A DNA stretch of 63,973 nt, counting the filler, from Folioceros fuciformis (Eukaryota), in the NCBI GenBank assembly GCA_049999805.1. It is 8 parts of 8 records of this genome, joined end to end, with 100 filler letters (N's around TTAATTAATTAA, not from the genome) between each part and the next. Parts side by side here need not be neighbours in the genome. Positions count along the whole stretch, not along the records: positions 32,150 to 41,315 come from JBNGIO010002944.1; positions 41,416 to 49,432 come from JBNGIO010002945.1; 6 more parts are not named here. The stretch is one strand, 5' to 3'. The notes beneath the pieces are model-generated. The model was given only the letters and a program-made list of their open reading frames with translations. It did not search any database and was not told the origin of the DNA. Below, piece after piece: positions 36,036 to 49,432 of the stretch (position 1 is its first letter; each line of letters begins with the position of its first letter). Position numbers and translations under genes: made by a program.

Positions 36036-37296
36036 TGTTAGAAAACAAGAAATCCCAAGATCAGGTCTTGGATCAATTCATTTCTCATAAGTAGTCCTTA
36101 CACACATATATAGCTTTAAGGCATGAACATATCTCGTTGGATAAGCAATTTATCTCGAGACAACCTATGTACTCTAATATAAACTAGAAACTACCAAATC
36201 CACAACTTAACTGGTTCACTAATAATTAGAACTAGTCTAGTGTGAACCCAACGGGTATAACTATCGCCACATGAGTTTAGCTCATATAGAGCTCAATAAC
36301 TGAACACTCCCCCTGGAGCTCAACTTAGCATCTGTATGCCTAACATAGCTCGGAATTTCTTCAGCTTCTTTGCTCCCATTGGCTTAGTGAATATATTGGC
36401 TATCTACTTGTCTGTGTTCACATACACAAGATCAATAGCTTCATATACAATCCTTTCTCAAAGAAAATGATAATGTACCTTAATTTGCTTCGTCCTCGCA
36501 TGAAACACTAGGTTTCGTGCTAACTGTATGCTACTAAGATTGTCACAATAGATAACAACCTTGTCATTGACCTGCAATCCAAAATCTCCAAGTAACTTAC
36601 AAATCCAAGTCACTTCACATGCTGCCATCGCTGCGCCGCTATATTCAGCTTCTGTACTAGACAAAGCCACTGTAGGCTGCTTCTTGCTGCTCCATGTTAT
36701 TGCTGCACTCCCAAGTGAAAACATGAATCCACTTGTAGATCTACGATCAGTAACACTACTTGCCCAATCTGCATCTATGTACCCACACAAGTTTATCTCT
36801 GAATTTGTAGCATAAAAGAGAGCATGATCCATAGTTGCCTTCACATAGTGCAACGTTTGCCTTACTGCATCCAAATGTGGCTTTCTTGGCGCTTGCATAA
36901 ACTGACTCTGCAGTCCCACTGTATAGTTCAAATCTAGTTTGGATATATTGAGATATATCAAGCTACCTACAATCTTCCTATACATTGTTGGATCTTCAAG
37001 TGCTTCACCATCATGAGCACTGAGCTTCAGATTTTGATCCAAAGGAATCGAAATTGGCTTACACTTAGCCATACCATACTTGGTTAGTACATTCGACGCA
37101 TACTTCTGCTGTGATAGCCAAATGCCTGTGTTGGTTCATATAATTTCAATGCCCAAGAAGAACCTCATTTCACCTAGGTCCGTCATCTTACACTCTTGTT
37201 GCAAAAGTTCCTTGATCTGCTCCACTTGATCCAGCTAATTACCTCCAATAGATTAGATCATCCATGTAGATGATCACAAAGACCAGTCCTTTTGTA

Positions 37297-37616
37297 TTCT
37301 GCACACACATACAACGAAGGATCTGCATCTGCCATGTTCTACACACACATACAACGAAGGATCTGCATCTACCATGTTCTGCACACACATACAACGAAGG
37401 ATCTGCATCTACCATGTTCTGCACACACATACAACGAAGGATTTGCATCTGCCATGTTCTGCACACACATACAACGAAGGATCTGCATCTGCCATGTTCT
37501 GCACACATATACAACGAAGGATCTGCATCTACCATGTTCTGCACACACATACAACGAAGGATCTGCATCTACCATGTTCTGCACACACATACAACGAAGG
37601 ATCTGCATCTGCCATG
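37297..37616. repeat. Minisatellite, 40-bp unit x 8, amplified from RT coding sequence
   Basis: TTCTGCACACACATACAACGAAGGATCTGCATCTGCCATG repeated 8 times with few substitutions. On the minus strand the unit encodes the RT segment ADADPSLYV. Confidence 0.97.
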
Positions 37617-38780
37617 CTGAATCCGACGTGAATCAGATGCTGAGCAAGACGCTCATGCCAAGCCCCCGGGGCTTGCTTAAGTCTATACAACGTTTTTTTC
37701 AGCTTGCACACATGATTTGGATGATCCGAATCCTCATAACCTGGTGGCTGGTCCATGTATACTTCTTCCAGTAATTCTCCATGTAAGAAAGCATTCTTCA
37801 CATCCATACGATGTAGGACCCAACCTTTCGATGCCGCTAGTGCGATCACGGTTCGAATTGTTGCCATTTTGGCAATTGGACCGAATGTCTCCTCGAAATC
37901 TATTCCATATGTCTGGGCATATCCTTTGGCCACAAGCCTTGTACTTGCTGAGACTGCCATCTGCGTTGTGTTTGACCTTGTACACACATTTGCAACCTAT
38001 TGGTTTCTTACCTTCAGGTAGTTGTACTAACCTTTGCCATATAGGCACGGTGCCTAGCTACATAGCTATCATAGGTCAACCGCTGTATTGGAACCTTCTA
38101 CATTCTAGATCTCCGTGGTATTGAACCACTTCCAGGGGCTGATTGAACCTCTTTTGCACCAGGTGTTTCGATTTTCGGTACACTGAATTCCTCATCCAAG
38201 CTCTGCTCAGAGTCACTTGAATCATCCACACGTGCACTCAGGTCTGGTAGCTTTGAATCATGGACTTTTTCCTTCCCTTTGCGAGACACAGCTGTGGAGC
38301 TCGGAGGGCTCACACTACCTCGCAACCTGCCACTCTATGGATTCTGAACATTTGTCGAGTTTGATGACGCTTGCATGACACTTGTGATTGTTGACCTACA
38401 TTGCTTGTTACCTCAGATTCATGCACATCAGCTACACTACTTGCTTGTACTTCAGAGTACCAGCTAGCCATTTCATCAAAGACTACGTCTCTGCTTACTT
38501 TCATAGTTCGTGTACTGGGATTGTAGCACCTGTATCCTTTCTGTTTAACAGAATACCCAATGAAGACACACTTTTCTGCTTTTGGATCAAGCTTAGTCTG
38601 CAACCCATCCGGAATATGGACACAAGCGATGCAACCAAATACCTTTAAGTGTGACAAGGCGGGTTTCTTCCCTATGAACTTCTCTTACGGTGTTACACTA
38701 TGCACCGCTGCTGTTGGAGTTCTTTTCACGATGTACATTGCTATGTTTACAGCTTTAGCCCAATAGTAGTGAGGCATCTT

Positions 38781-39206
38781 TTTTTTTCGCGAAAAAATTC
38801 TGATTAAATTAGCAGATGCCTCCCACTACGATACAAAGGGAAAATCCTGCTACCGTATGTACAAAAATCAAGCACCAGAAGAGAGAGGGAGAACTGGCCT
38901 TGAGTCCCAAACTCAACACAAGGCGCTCAGAGAGCATTCCCCTACACTATGGTACCCTCAAATTGCTTTAAGGCTCACCATCCCCAGGGGCACGAATGAT
39001 TCCAACGCGTATCTTTCCCAGGCAATCCCGCCATCCTCCAGTCTTTCCGCTTAAACTGCTTCCGACGGGATTGCTCCAAAGCTTCTGCTACAATCAACGA
39101 ATGCTCCCATATGCGCCCCAACAAAGCTTTCGATGAAGCTAAATCCTGTCCTCCATAGACCACCACGGACTAGTTGACCTAGAGATGGAAAAGGCAAGAA
39201 GAACAC
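38781..39206 (-). mobile_element. 5'-truncated LINE (L1-like) insertion with short poly(A) tail and TSD
   Basis: Splits integrase EKKMP|HYYW. TSD AGGCATCTT at 38772-38780 and 39207-39215, with a T-run at the left end. The minus strand reads LFHL*VN*SVVVYG, similar to the L1 ORF2 C-terminal W.LW..RN..VF motif. Confidence 0.78.
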
Positions 39207-42200
39207 AGGCATCTTCTTCTCTGTGATCAATGCTCTCTCCACTTATGCTATGTGTCTGTTCTTGCGCTCTGCAACTCCATTTTGTTGCGGCATATAATGA
39301 CATGAGTACTGCCGTTGAATGCCCTGTTCAGATAAGAATTTGCTAAACTCTCGGGAGAAGTACTCTCCCACTCCATAAGATCTTAGGCATTTGATGTGCC
39401 TACCTGTTTGCTTCTCAGCCATCGCCTTGAAAGTATGAAAGTGAGTGATCACTTCACTCGTTTCTTTCATGGAATATACCCACACCTTTCTTGTGTGGTT
39501 GTCAATGAAGGTCACATAGTACTTGCATCCTCCGATTGATGCAATCTGTGTAGGACCCCATACATTTGAATGCACAACATCCCACACATGTTTGCTAACA
39601 TGTTTGTCATGGGGGAACGCATTCCTAGGCTAATCCCAAGTTGACATGCTTCACATACACCTTGCAATCCATTTGCTGTAAGCTCGGGTATGCCTGTGAC
39701 AACCTTCTGATGCTGCATGGACTTCAACTTCTGCACATTCACATGTCCAATGCGTTTGTGCCACATCTCTAGGTCTATCACAACCCTTGTACCCTTCGCA
39801 AACATGGCTGACTTCAGCTTAGGAACCTCCACATTCAAGGTGAACATTTGTCCAACCTTCTGTCCTTGAGCAATCAGGCGACCGCCTTTCTTGTACTCTT
39901 CAACGAAGAGTCCTGTAGGTGTAAACCTAACCTGTAGTCCTTGCTCAACCATCTACCCAACCAACACCAAGTTCTTTGTGATGTTGGGTACGTGAAGAAC
40001 ATGTACCAAGCACTTTACTTTGCCATCCTGCATCTTCAGAGGTACAGTTCCTGTATGCACAATTGCATGTGTTATGTCATCTCCATTTTCCACATATCCA
40101 GGTTTATCAAGCACCTACATTTCTTTGAACCACTCCCCATGGCATGTCATGTGGTTCAAAGCTTATGAGTCCACATACCACATAATCTCACCATTATTGG
40201 ATCCATTAGCAGACACAGAGTTAAGCATATGCTACATGACAAACAAGTTGTTCGAGTCATTCTGACTGCTGCTAGAGGTATAATTGTTTTGCTGCCGCCT
40301 GTTGCCTTGATTTCTCCGTGGATAGTCTCTTGCGAAGTGACCTGACCTACCACAAGTCCAGCAACCACTATTGACTACATTTCATCATTTTGCTATTGAT
40401 TTCCACGTCCTCTTTGACTCCCCTAGCCTCAAGAATTTTCTCCTCTTCCACTGGTACTCTTGTACTGGGACTCTTGATTCTATTGCTGATTTTGGTAGGA
40501 ATTTCTACCTCTACCACTTTGGGCTCTACCTCTGCCTCTACCATAGTAGAAGGCCTGCTCAGAGTTTTCCTTAGGTTTAGAGGATGATTCCTCGCCTAGG
40601 TTTTTCTCCTCTATGATCAACATAGAAATCAGGTCTGAGAAATTGGGAATGTTTTCCCGAGTCTGTATGGAAGTCTTGAACTGCTTATAGGCAAGTGTTA
40701 ACCCGCGCAAGCAAACTTGACCTTGTCGTCATCTTCCACACTAACACCATTGGATGGAAGGGATTCCACTATCCCTTTGATCTTTAACGAGTACTCATTG
40801 ATTGTCAAGTTCTTCTTCATAAATGTGTTGACGTCATTCTTCAACTATAGTTTCCTCGCCTTCGTGTTGGTCTCATAGAGTTTGACCAGCTCATCCCATG
40901 CTTCTTTGGGCGACTCTGCGTCTGTATGTGCCCAATCATGGTGTCATGAATGCTGATTGACAGCCAATACATGACCTTCCGAAATCCTTGGCTCCAATCC
41001 TTCAGCCTTAATATGCTCCGCTTTTGCATTCCTTTCAGGTACTACATGGGGTTTTGCATGCTCCCCCTCAATGTAGTCCCTACAAAATTATGAGAAGCAT
41101 TTTTGCTTGAGAAGGATAATCATCTATATACAAACAAGGTCTAATATTTTTTATGCCATAGGCAATGGCGGTTAGGTTTTTTTTTATAATTGTGTGTCCT
41201 TTCACACTAGGCTAACTAGCCCTAGCTGAAACTTATTCAACTTAGCCTAATTGTTGACTAACTAACGCTAGACTACTCCTAAGCTTCACTTTGCACATCC
41301 CAATACCCCTTTCCCNNNNNNNNNNNNNNNNNNNNNNNNNNNNNNNNNNNNNNNNNNNNTTAATTAATTAANNNNNNNNNNNNNNNNNNNNNNNNNNNNN
41401 NNNNNNNNNNNNNNNTATTACCCCAATTGCATCTTTGACTTGGGCATGACTTAAAATAGGATTTCCTTCGTAATATTTTTCAAAAGAATTTTCAACATTT
41501 ACAACTTCATTTTTGGGTGAAGGTCAAACAAAAGTCCATATAACATGGTTTATGCCATGCACTCTTGTAGTCTCACTACAATGGTAGACTCCTGCACTCC
41601 TATATTCTAACTGTTGTGTAGACCCATACAATCCTGCAATTGACTACATCGATAGACCCATGCATTCCCGCATTTCGAGTGCGCCGATCTATTGACACAC
41701 TCCAAGTTAGTTTTCACAATTATATACTAAATTACTTTACCACTTTTGCAAATGAAATGTGGAACTTAAGATGATGAACGTCTTCAATATGTTTTGAATA
41801 CATTTCCTCTGCTACTTCAAAAGTTGAGCACTTCAAACACGATATATGGAAAGCAAGCGGATTCTTAAATGCCCGTCGAGCCCCATTTTCAAAAAGGAAC
41901 CCCATAAAATGGTATGGGTCAGAATATAGTACAAGGGTCTTTTCTTGCCAATATGTTAAGAGGGGTTGGCTTCATGGACATTGAATCACTCGTTTTGCTC
42001 ATTTGTTTCTGATCCCCACCTAAAATCATTGTCTCTCTTTAGTTTTATGTGTCACCGCAAAAGAACAGATCTCACAGTCATGAGTGTAGAACCTTTGACA
42101 TCGGCAAATTATGGCAAAATAGCACCCATGTCAGCTCGCCCTCCTTGCCAGGAAGTCATTCTAATGTAACGTTTTTTCTCAATCAAGAAGTGCTCAGGCA

Positions 42201-43054
42201 TGGTAAAGTTCCATAGTATGGTTGCCCAAATTGTGTGAAGTTAGGTCAGCCATGGTCTTTGGAAAATGGAGTACCTTGCAGAGCGTAAGCATGCCTGCGC
42301 CCTTCCAGATGTGAGCATAAGTCATGTTGTCCAACTCTTACTTTAAAGTGAATAGGCACACAACATTAACATGTACTCACTTTCTAAGCCGCTTAGGAAA
42401 TTCCTTCTAGCCAAGAGCTATATAGGCTTGGGCATCAAGAGTTGGAGTTATGAGATGCACTCATGCATGCAATGAACCTCAATCGATCTTAGTCATCACA
42501 TGATAACAACTTCCCTCTCAAGGATATTGTATTGTTTTCATGATCTGCCTATACTCCACTCAAAAACCCTAAAAAAGCTATGATCAACAAACGAAGTCCT
42601 CTACATGTGCTCATCAACTAATGATCACGCGGCTCGTTATGTCCAAAAACATTAGTGGCAAGTAGGGGGGATGCATCCCTAAGGGTGGGCTCCATTGGCA
42701 TTGCAAGGTTTGCTTTATGGGCAATCAGGGCACTATAAGTGTCCTCCATTCATACGCTGGCGTCATCAGAATGTACTTGTTCTTCATCGTCGATATCATC
42801 AAACTCTTCCGCTGGGGCTTGTGCTCCACAGTGTGAAGGGGAGCCTGGTTCGATGTGTGGTCATAACAAGGCTAATTTCTCCTTAACAATCTTTTTTGTC
42901 TGCCGCATACATAGGTGCTTGCGTGGCGTCAAGTGGAATCCGTAGTATACAATCATGGTTTTTCTTGTGTACAACTTCTGGACATTTGGAGGCCGCTTGG
43001 GTCTGCCCTTCTTCTCACATATTTCCTCGAAATCTCCATCACCTCTGCGAACAA

Positions 43055-43303
43055 TTACTCTCTAACATACTTGCCCTCATAGGCACCAGTATAATATGTT
43101 TGCCACCAATGCACCAACAAGTAAGGCTCCCCACCTGTCATATGTGTGCTCACAACTTTTGCTAACCAAAACTCTTGATTATGTATATCGCCCTCACACA
43201 GTGTGATTATGAACATCTCTTTGTGTATTTTCAAGACATCTCCATTCATCCGCGAAATCTCAGCCTCATGCCTGCCACTACTTTGATATGCGCCTATGTA
43301 CAT
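43055..43303 (-). pseudogene. Protein-like ORF fragment, probably transposon-derived
   Basis: FWLAKVVS...LLVHWW looks like a beta-rich globular segment, but no family could be assigned. Confidence 0.3.
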
Positions 43304-44854
43304 GGGCCTCTATGGTAGGTCGCGCATAGTACTTCCTCTAACATAGCTTCTTCTAGTATCTACATGGGATGAACAACCTTTCCGCTTCACACCTATTGTA
43401 CCACGTTCAAGGGGTCATCAATACCAGATTGATATTGTTGTTCACAATATCAACAATTCACTCTTGATCTCACCAGAAGTCTTGCCACCTCACGTTTTCC
43501 CCATCAGTCAAGTATGTAGATAGTTTCAACAACCCTTTCTTCACATGTCCCACACATTTCCCAGTAGTCATCTGCCCTTCCTACCCCTTCTTGTCCTTTG
43601 GCTACAGTGATATTACAGTTGTTGGTTGAATGAATGTATCTAGAACATCCATAAGATACTCTAGCCCTTCCTTGGGTTCGCACAAAAGGGAGGTTGCGTA
43701 TTACTTGCTCCAGGTTACAGTGACCCTTTGCCTAGTTTCTCCTCCCGAGTTATTTTAAATTGGTGTTGCTATGAAAGTTTGTTGAGCTTCTTCACCACAG
43801 CCCTGTACATGTGTTGACCATCACCTTGGAGGACTGGCCAAACAAACCCTCTAAAATCTAGAACTTCAACCAAATGCTTATTCAGAGTATATAAGCTTTG
43901 CAGAATTCAGATGAGTTGCGGTACTATCTTTGCCTCTTTGTGCCTTAAATACTTGGAGAAACAAGAGAACATTGGATCTACTTGGCCATGTGTATGGTTG
44001 TGGAAGATCACATGTGCAGAAACTCTCCTCAAGATGGTCAGTTTGAATGATCCTTGTCATTTTTTTGTGTTTCGAGTGATAGAGTGTTTAGCTACTGCCA
44101 AGGCAAGGCCTTTTTTTACCAAAGGTGTTCTTGGCCCATGGCAATTTCACTCCTTGGCTTTTGTTTTTTTCTTTTTACCAATATCTATTCCTTGGACCAT
44201 GAACTATGAATGTAGGGCCAAACTAGAAGTTCCTTAGGCCTTAGCGTTTTAGAATAATCGAATTGACTATATAAGGGAGAGGGGTCCCCATTCAGCCATC
44301 GTTGTTTACTCGGGTGGGGGAGTGGCTCGCTCCACCACGGTGGCTAAGTATGGAGTGTACTGGCTGAACCAGGTGGAAATAGCAACCCTAGTTGTGGAAT
44401 CCAGACAGATAGTGAGCAGTGGGGCACCACTAGGGATGGAGCACAAATGAAGAAGTATCCTCCGGCACCACGACTTTGTGTGCTTCCAAAACGGGAAGAG
44501 ATCAGCAACGGGAGGTGGACGTGGTGGCAGCAGCGGGAGAGAAGTGAAGCATTGCGGTGAGGACGAGCGAGAGGCCAGCACACGGAGCTGGATATCATAG
44601 AAGACACCGGGGGGAAGCACTCATCTGAGGAGGCTCGAGGGCAGGGTAGCTAGAGAAAAGATGGAAGGTGAAGGGGGTACTTCAGCAGCGGTCGAGGAGG
44701 TGGTGAGGCAAAGTGCATGTATGGCTAGGAAATTGAACCAAAAGAAAGTTAGTAGTAAAGAGGAGGGAACCACCCCAGAATGGGACATGGGAAAGTCGAG
44801 GGAGATAATTGGAAGAAGCAAACCAGGATGGCACCTCAGGCTGTAGCAGTAATT

Positions 44855-46560
44855 ATGGCTGCTCAGTGGCTTCACATGGATCACTGGAAGGTTCGAGTTG
44901 GTGGCCTTTTGCAGGAGGTAGGTCTGGAATTTATGGAGAAAAAGTAGTGTTATGACAGCCCAATGCTAGTGCAAGAGTGTGCCCGATATTTGGAGGCCAG
45001 ATTGCAGGAAAGAGATCTGAGGCAGAGACCGCAGGACTGGTGCTTGGAACTCTTCCAGATGGTGTATGGACGGAAGGAGGTTGAGCATGGGGGTTTGGTG
45101 ATCAACCTTCGAGGAAGAAGACCCTAAACACTGTAGTGGCAGTGATTATGAAGCCTGAGGAGGTGAGGACTAACAATGGTTGGGTGGTTTGGCAATTGGC
45201 TTCAGCACAGTTTGTGGGTTTGGCCAAATGGATTCTATGCTTTCTACAAAGCAAGAAGTTGGACCATATCGCAGACCATTTCCTTGTCTTCCTCCATGAG
45301 GTGGTCAGTAGTGCACGGGTGGAGTGGAACCGAGTCATTTTTTAGCATGCTTGTGAGGAGAGGGCAATTTACTGACTTCCTCTCCTCTCCCTCCCTCATC
45401 TCGCCCTTCTTGATTCACATTTTTGCACACACCAAGTACTTAACTGAGTTGGAGATTGTGTCTTCTCTCCATAGCTGGAAGCCAGTCAGGGAAGTCAAGG
45501 TTGAGGAGGAGGAACCCAAGGAAGTTTCACGAGAGGACTCTAGCAACTGGGAACCTGAATCATCAGAGAACTTAGGGGAAGAAGTTGGGAGGGGCAAGAA
45601 AAGGAAGGCCCAACCAACAGAGCAAAGCATGGCCAAGAGAGGAAAGGTAGACACAAGAGAGCAAGAGCACGCAACACCAACCCGAATTACCAGATCGATA
45701 GCAGCAGCGGAACCGCGGGAAAAATTGGAAAAGGGGAAAAAGTAGGCTCACAACTCCACAACGTTGAAGGATGAAACGCAAAGGGTTAACGAGTTAGTTG
45801 TAGGACAAGAAGGGTTACTGTTGGCAGGGGAAACCCTTGAGGAGTGGAAGAACATTTTTGGGGACATCCTCATGGATTGCCCAACTGGAGCAAGAGCTGA
45901 AAACACAGCACAAGTACGGGAGTGGCCGTGGAAGAAGATGGGCCACGGAGCAGCCCAAATTAATGATTTGCAGGGGCTAATTTCAGTTATGTCCCAGATT
46001 TAGGTAGACGTCCTCAACCACGCTGCAATAGCACTCACTTGGCTCAGCATGCAAGGGCAACAAGAGGAGCTCTGCTTAAGGAGAAATTGGAAGATATTGA
46101 AGGTAGGAAAAAGCAGCAGAAGATCGTAAGTGGGAATGTGAGGAATCGCTGAGCAGGGCACATGAGGAGCTAAAGGTCATGGATGTTCAATCAGAAGGTC
46201 TAGGGAATCAAGTAAAGGCAGCCCATGCTACAATTGACGAGCTCCAAAATGAGATTTCCCGGTCTCAAGAGCTAGCAGCGCCGTTGGAGAAATTCAAGAA
46301 GCTAGCTCAGAGGTATGAGAGAGAGAGGGATGACGCTAGGACCGCAATCAAGGGTGAAGCAGGGAGATAGAAGAAGTGAAAGGGTTTAGCCACCGTAGTG
46401 GCCAAAGCAACCACTGTTGCAGAGTCAGCCTTGATTGTTGAAGCATGAATTGCAGTGGCTGAACCAAGCACCGTGGTGGAACCAGCCACTGTCGGAACCA
46501 TGGCAAGGGGGGATGCAACTCCCCTGGAATCCAAGAGGCAACCAACCCAAGACTGTTAAT
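44855..46560 (+). pseudogene. Retroelement accessory ORF (ATHILA ORF1/Transposase_32-like N-terminal domain plus coiled coil), copy A
   Basis: LVQECA, QFVGLAKWILCFLQSKKLDH, SLISPFLIHIF; homologous to copies at 51-54 kb and 57-59 kb. TATATAA at 44268-44274. Confidence 0.65.
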
Positions 46561-46669
46561 GAGGGGAGAGAGTAAGAGCCTCTTTAGCGGAAGGGCATAC
46601 TATGCTGTAATGTAGGGATGAAGATTCTCATGTCCCTAGCTTTTAGTTGCATGGTGTAGGTCCGAAAAT

Positions 46670-47450
46670 GTAGTGCCAGGTACTTAGGGCGGAAACTAAA
46701 GGAGAAGGGACAAGGGAAGGAGAGGAGACACGGCGGATGTGAAAGAAACGGAGGAGAAGAAGGGGTGAGGATGAGAGGGGAAATGAAGGCGGAGAAGAAA
46801 GCGGAAGGGAGGAGTCAAGGAGAGAGAACTAAGGGACCACCAAAGTACCAGGTACCATGTGCGGTTGTCAATCCCACGATCGCGGCTACATCACCCGCAG
46901 TTGTTGTAGAAGCATTCCCAGAGTCCGTCCCCTTGAGTTCGGTGACATGCTAGAAGCGACTATCTACCTACCTACTCTACCACTCAAAATACTAGCTATA
47001 AGTCACACTTAATACACACGTTTATTGAAGTAGGTGGCTATAAATGTTTCTACGACTGCTACTGGCTTCCACTACCGGTTGCTTCTTCTGCAACCGCTTT
47101 CCCCATTCCACGACTGTTGTCGAGCTGCAACTACCTCCCTTCTCAGATGAAGTCCACACATAGATTAGGAGACTCCACCTCCAGTTCAACCTCTAGCTCC
47201 TAATCACAAAATGACTCTATGTCTATGGGGTTCCACCCTTATATAGGATTTTGCGAATTGTCCAAAGGCCAAGGGCCAAGGAACAATCTGCCCTCCGGTC
47301 CAAGGACCAGTTATTTGTCAAACAAAAACCCAAAACTAAAAACTCATAGGCCAAGGAACTTTTGAGTATAAATACCTCGGCATACTCACAACCTGACTCT
47401 GCTCCACACCAAACTTAGCAAAAAGAACAAAAAATCACTCCAACACGCAT
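46670..47450 (-). mobile_element. LTR-like promoter/terminus (ends ...CACA at 46858, followed by TGG) plus pyrimidine-rich leader
   Basis: ~47045-47450 is the reverse complement homolog of ~56630-57035 (TATA at 47239-47245). ~46670-46845 is the reverse complement homolog of ~54868-55040. Confidence 0.65.
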
Positions 47451-48288
47451 CTCAGCAGAGAATTCCTCATAATCAGATCGTTCACAGGGAGCCTAACACA
47501 CAAAGCAAAGTAATGCTCTTACTCATTTGGGGGGGATAGAGCTCATGTGAAGTGCAGCGGGTGCGATCGAGTAGGCCATACGGAAGCTGTGTGCTAGCAA
47601 CTACATGCAGAGTTAAAACCAGCAATAGGCCAACCTAGCAATAATGCCAGTGGATCGGGTGCATCCGCATTATTGAGGCAGGATATGCCACTAGTACATG
47701 TTGGGCATCCATATTACAATATAGTGTAACTAAAATGAGGTTATTTGTAACACATTTGTGGCAATTGTGACAGTTAGGTTCGGTGATACCGAGCCCAGGA
47801 TATTGTAACAATAATTGTAACTCTAACGTCGTGACAACTAGCCGTTGTCACAATTTCTTTGCTTAGTTGTTTGGTATGGTTTGCATTATGGCCCCTTGTG
47901 GGCTTGCTATGCTACACCTCAAGCTACGCAATCACACATCAAGGGACACCATGCCTTTAATACACATGACTTTAATAATGTTTGGACGATGCCATAAATA
48001 CTGATGGGGCTCTTGGGCTCCGTGTCACTATATTTTATTAATGCCAAATAATAGATGTATATTAAGTCTATATATGTCATATGGACATGAGAAAGGGCGG
48101 CTATGCATTTCACACAACATAGGACACCATGTCATTAATATTGTTTGGCCCAAGATGCCATAAATTAATATTATTTGGGCTCAAGATGCCATAAAAACTG
48201 TTTGGGCCTCTTGGCTACGCCGCTACGTGTCATTATATTTTATCAATGCCTCATTAATGTCACAGACCAGTAGTATAATCTACATATG

Positions 48289-49067
48289 TTATATACGAGA
48301 AAGGATGTATAAACATATAAACATCATGGTATGTATATAGAAAGATCTAGTGTTGCCCATGTCTCCAAAATTCATGGCCCGTGTTCCTCTTACTTTCTCC
48401 ACCACACTCATCGTATAATGGTTGGAGGGGTTCACTTTTCGCTTTTCTCCTGAGTCATATTCACGAGATGCGTACTTGACTGCCTTGTCACTTATAACGG
48501 ATCTGCGACATCTCACTTTTTTTGTCTTTTGCCATGAGGGTTTGGAGGGTTTTGAAGGTTTCTGCGAACGCCTCTGAAGTTCAGCACTAACTACAGGCTC
48601 TTTGGGGCCTTGCTCCTCCTCACTTGCCTCCTCACTTGATTGACTTTCAGCAGGCTCTATTGCCACCTACAGGAAAACACTAGTAAGGAAACATCATTCG
48701 TCATTGCTAAATTGGAGTACACCGTTTAAACATACCTTCTCCTTGCCATAACCAACTCTCAATTTCCTTTCGATCTTCTTCCGCTTTAAGCTGGGGTTGA
48801 TGGCTACCACCGCAGCATACCTCACTCGTGTCATTCTACCTTCAGACGGATTTTCTATGAATTTGTCCCCATAGATTTCAGATTTTCTTCCCCTTCCACA
48901 CCTTGGTTGCTCGGGCTGAAAATCATCACTGTCTATTTCTGCCACTTCTTCGTGGTTAGCATCCTTGTCTTCACGTATGTGGTCTTCATGTCCTTCACTC
49001 CCTAACTTTTCATTCTCACCACTCGCCTCAGGCTCCGGGTCCGTTGCCACCACATCCACCTCATTGT
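48289..49067 (-). pseudogene. 3' part of a spliced gene for a charged low-complexity protein (intron 48735-48667), cut off by the LTR at 49068; probably transposon-encoded
   Basis: AAG|GTATGT donor and TTTTCCTGTAG|GTG acceptor join ORFs 48694-49059 and 48289-48666 in frame. Confidence 0.5.
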
Positions 49068-49432
49068 TGTAAGGTTATTAAAGCCCAATGTGCTTAGACT
49101 AATATAATTAGTCTAATCAGACTAATGTAATTAGTCTAAGATTAGTGTCTAATTAAGTATCATTAGTTTAGATTAGCTTAAGCTAATCTTTAGGGTTTAG
49201 GGGATTAGCTTAAGCTAATCTTTAGGAAGCTTCCTGCGTAGCTTCTTGTGAGCTTCTTGTGAAGCTTCCTTGGGAGCTTTTCTAGAGGGTATAAATACCC
49301 TCTTGAGCTCCCTTTGCAATAGAGCTGTGAGAGACACTGTGAGACCTCTCTTTCTCTTCTCCTCCTCTCTTCTTCTCTCTTCTCCATCACCATGCTCCTC
49401 TATCGATCCTTTCAAGTGGTATCGGAGCCCGG
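49068..49432 (+). mobile_element. 5' LTR (49068-49414) and PBS (49417-49428) of the same copia family as 6830-11170
   Basis: TGTAAGGTTATTAAAGCCCAATGTGCTTAGACTAA... aligns with LTRs 6830-7079 and 10903-11170; TGGTATCGGAGC follows. Confidence 0.93.

Larger units (their letters stand above)
36036..41090 (-). mobile_element. Degenerate Ty1/copia element (3' LTR 36036-36306, PPT 36307-36314, RH, RT, IN, PR, gag; 5' LTR not seen)
   Basis: TGTTAG...GAACA LTR next to CTCCCCCT. Motifs: YCDNLSSIQLARN, RLVAKGYAQTYGIDFEETF, PQQNGVAERKNR, VVHSNVWGP. Confidence 0.93.

Noticed and set aside
37297-37616. CRISPR-like array, or repetitive Cys/His-rich ORFs on both strands
   Set aside because: Head-to-tail units with no unique spacers and no cas genes. 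The ORFs are by-products of the 40-bp repeat.
41574-41585. CACTACAA as a CACTA terminus
   Set aside because: No matching opposite terminus or recognisable CACTA transposase nearby.
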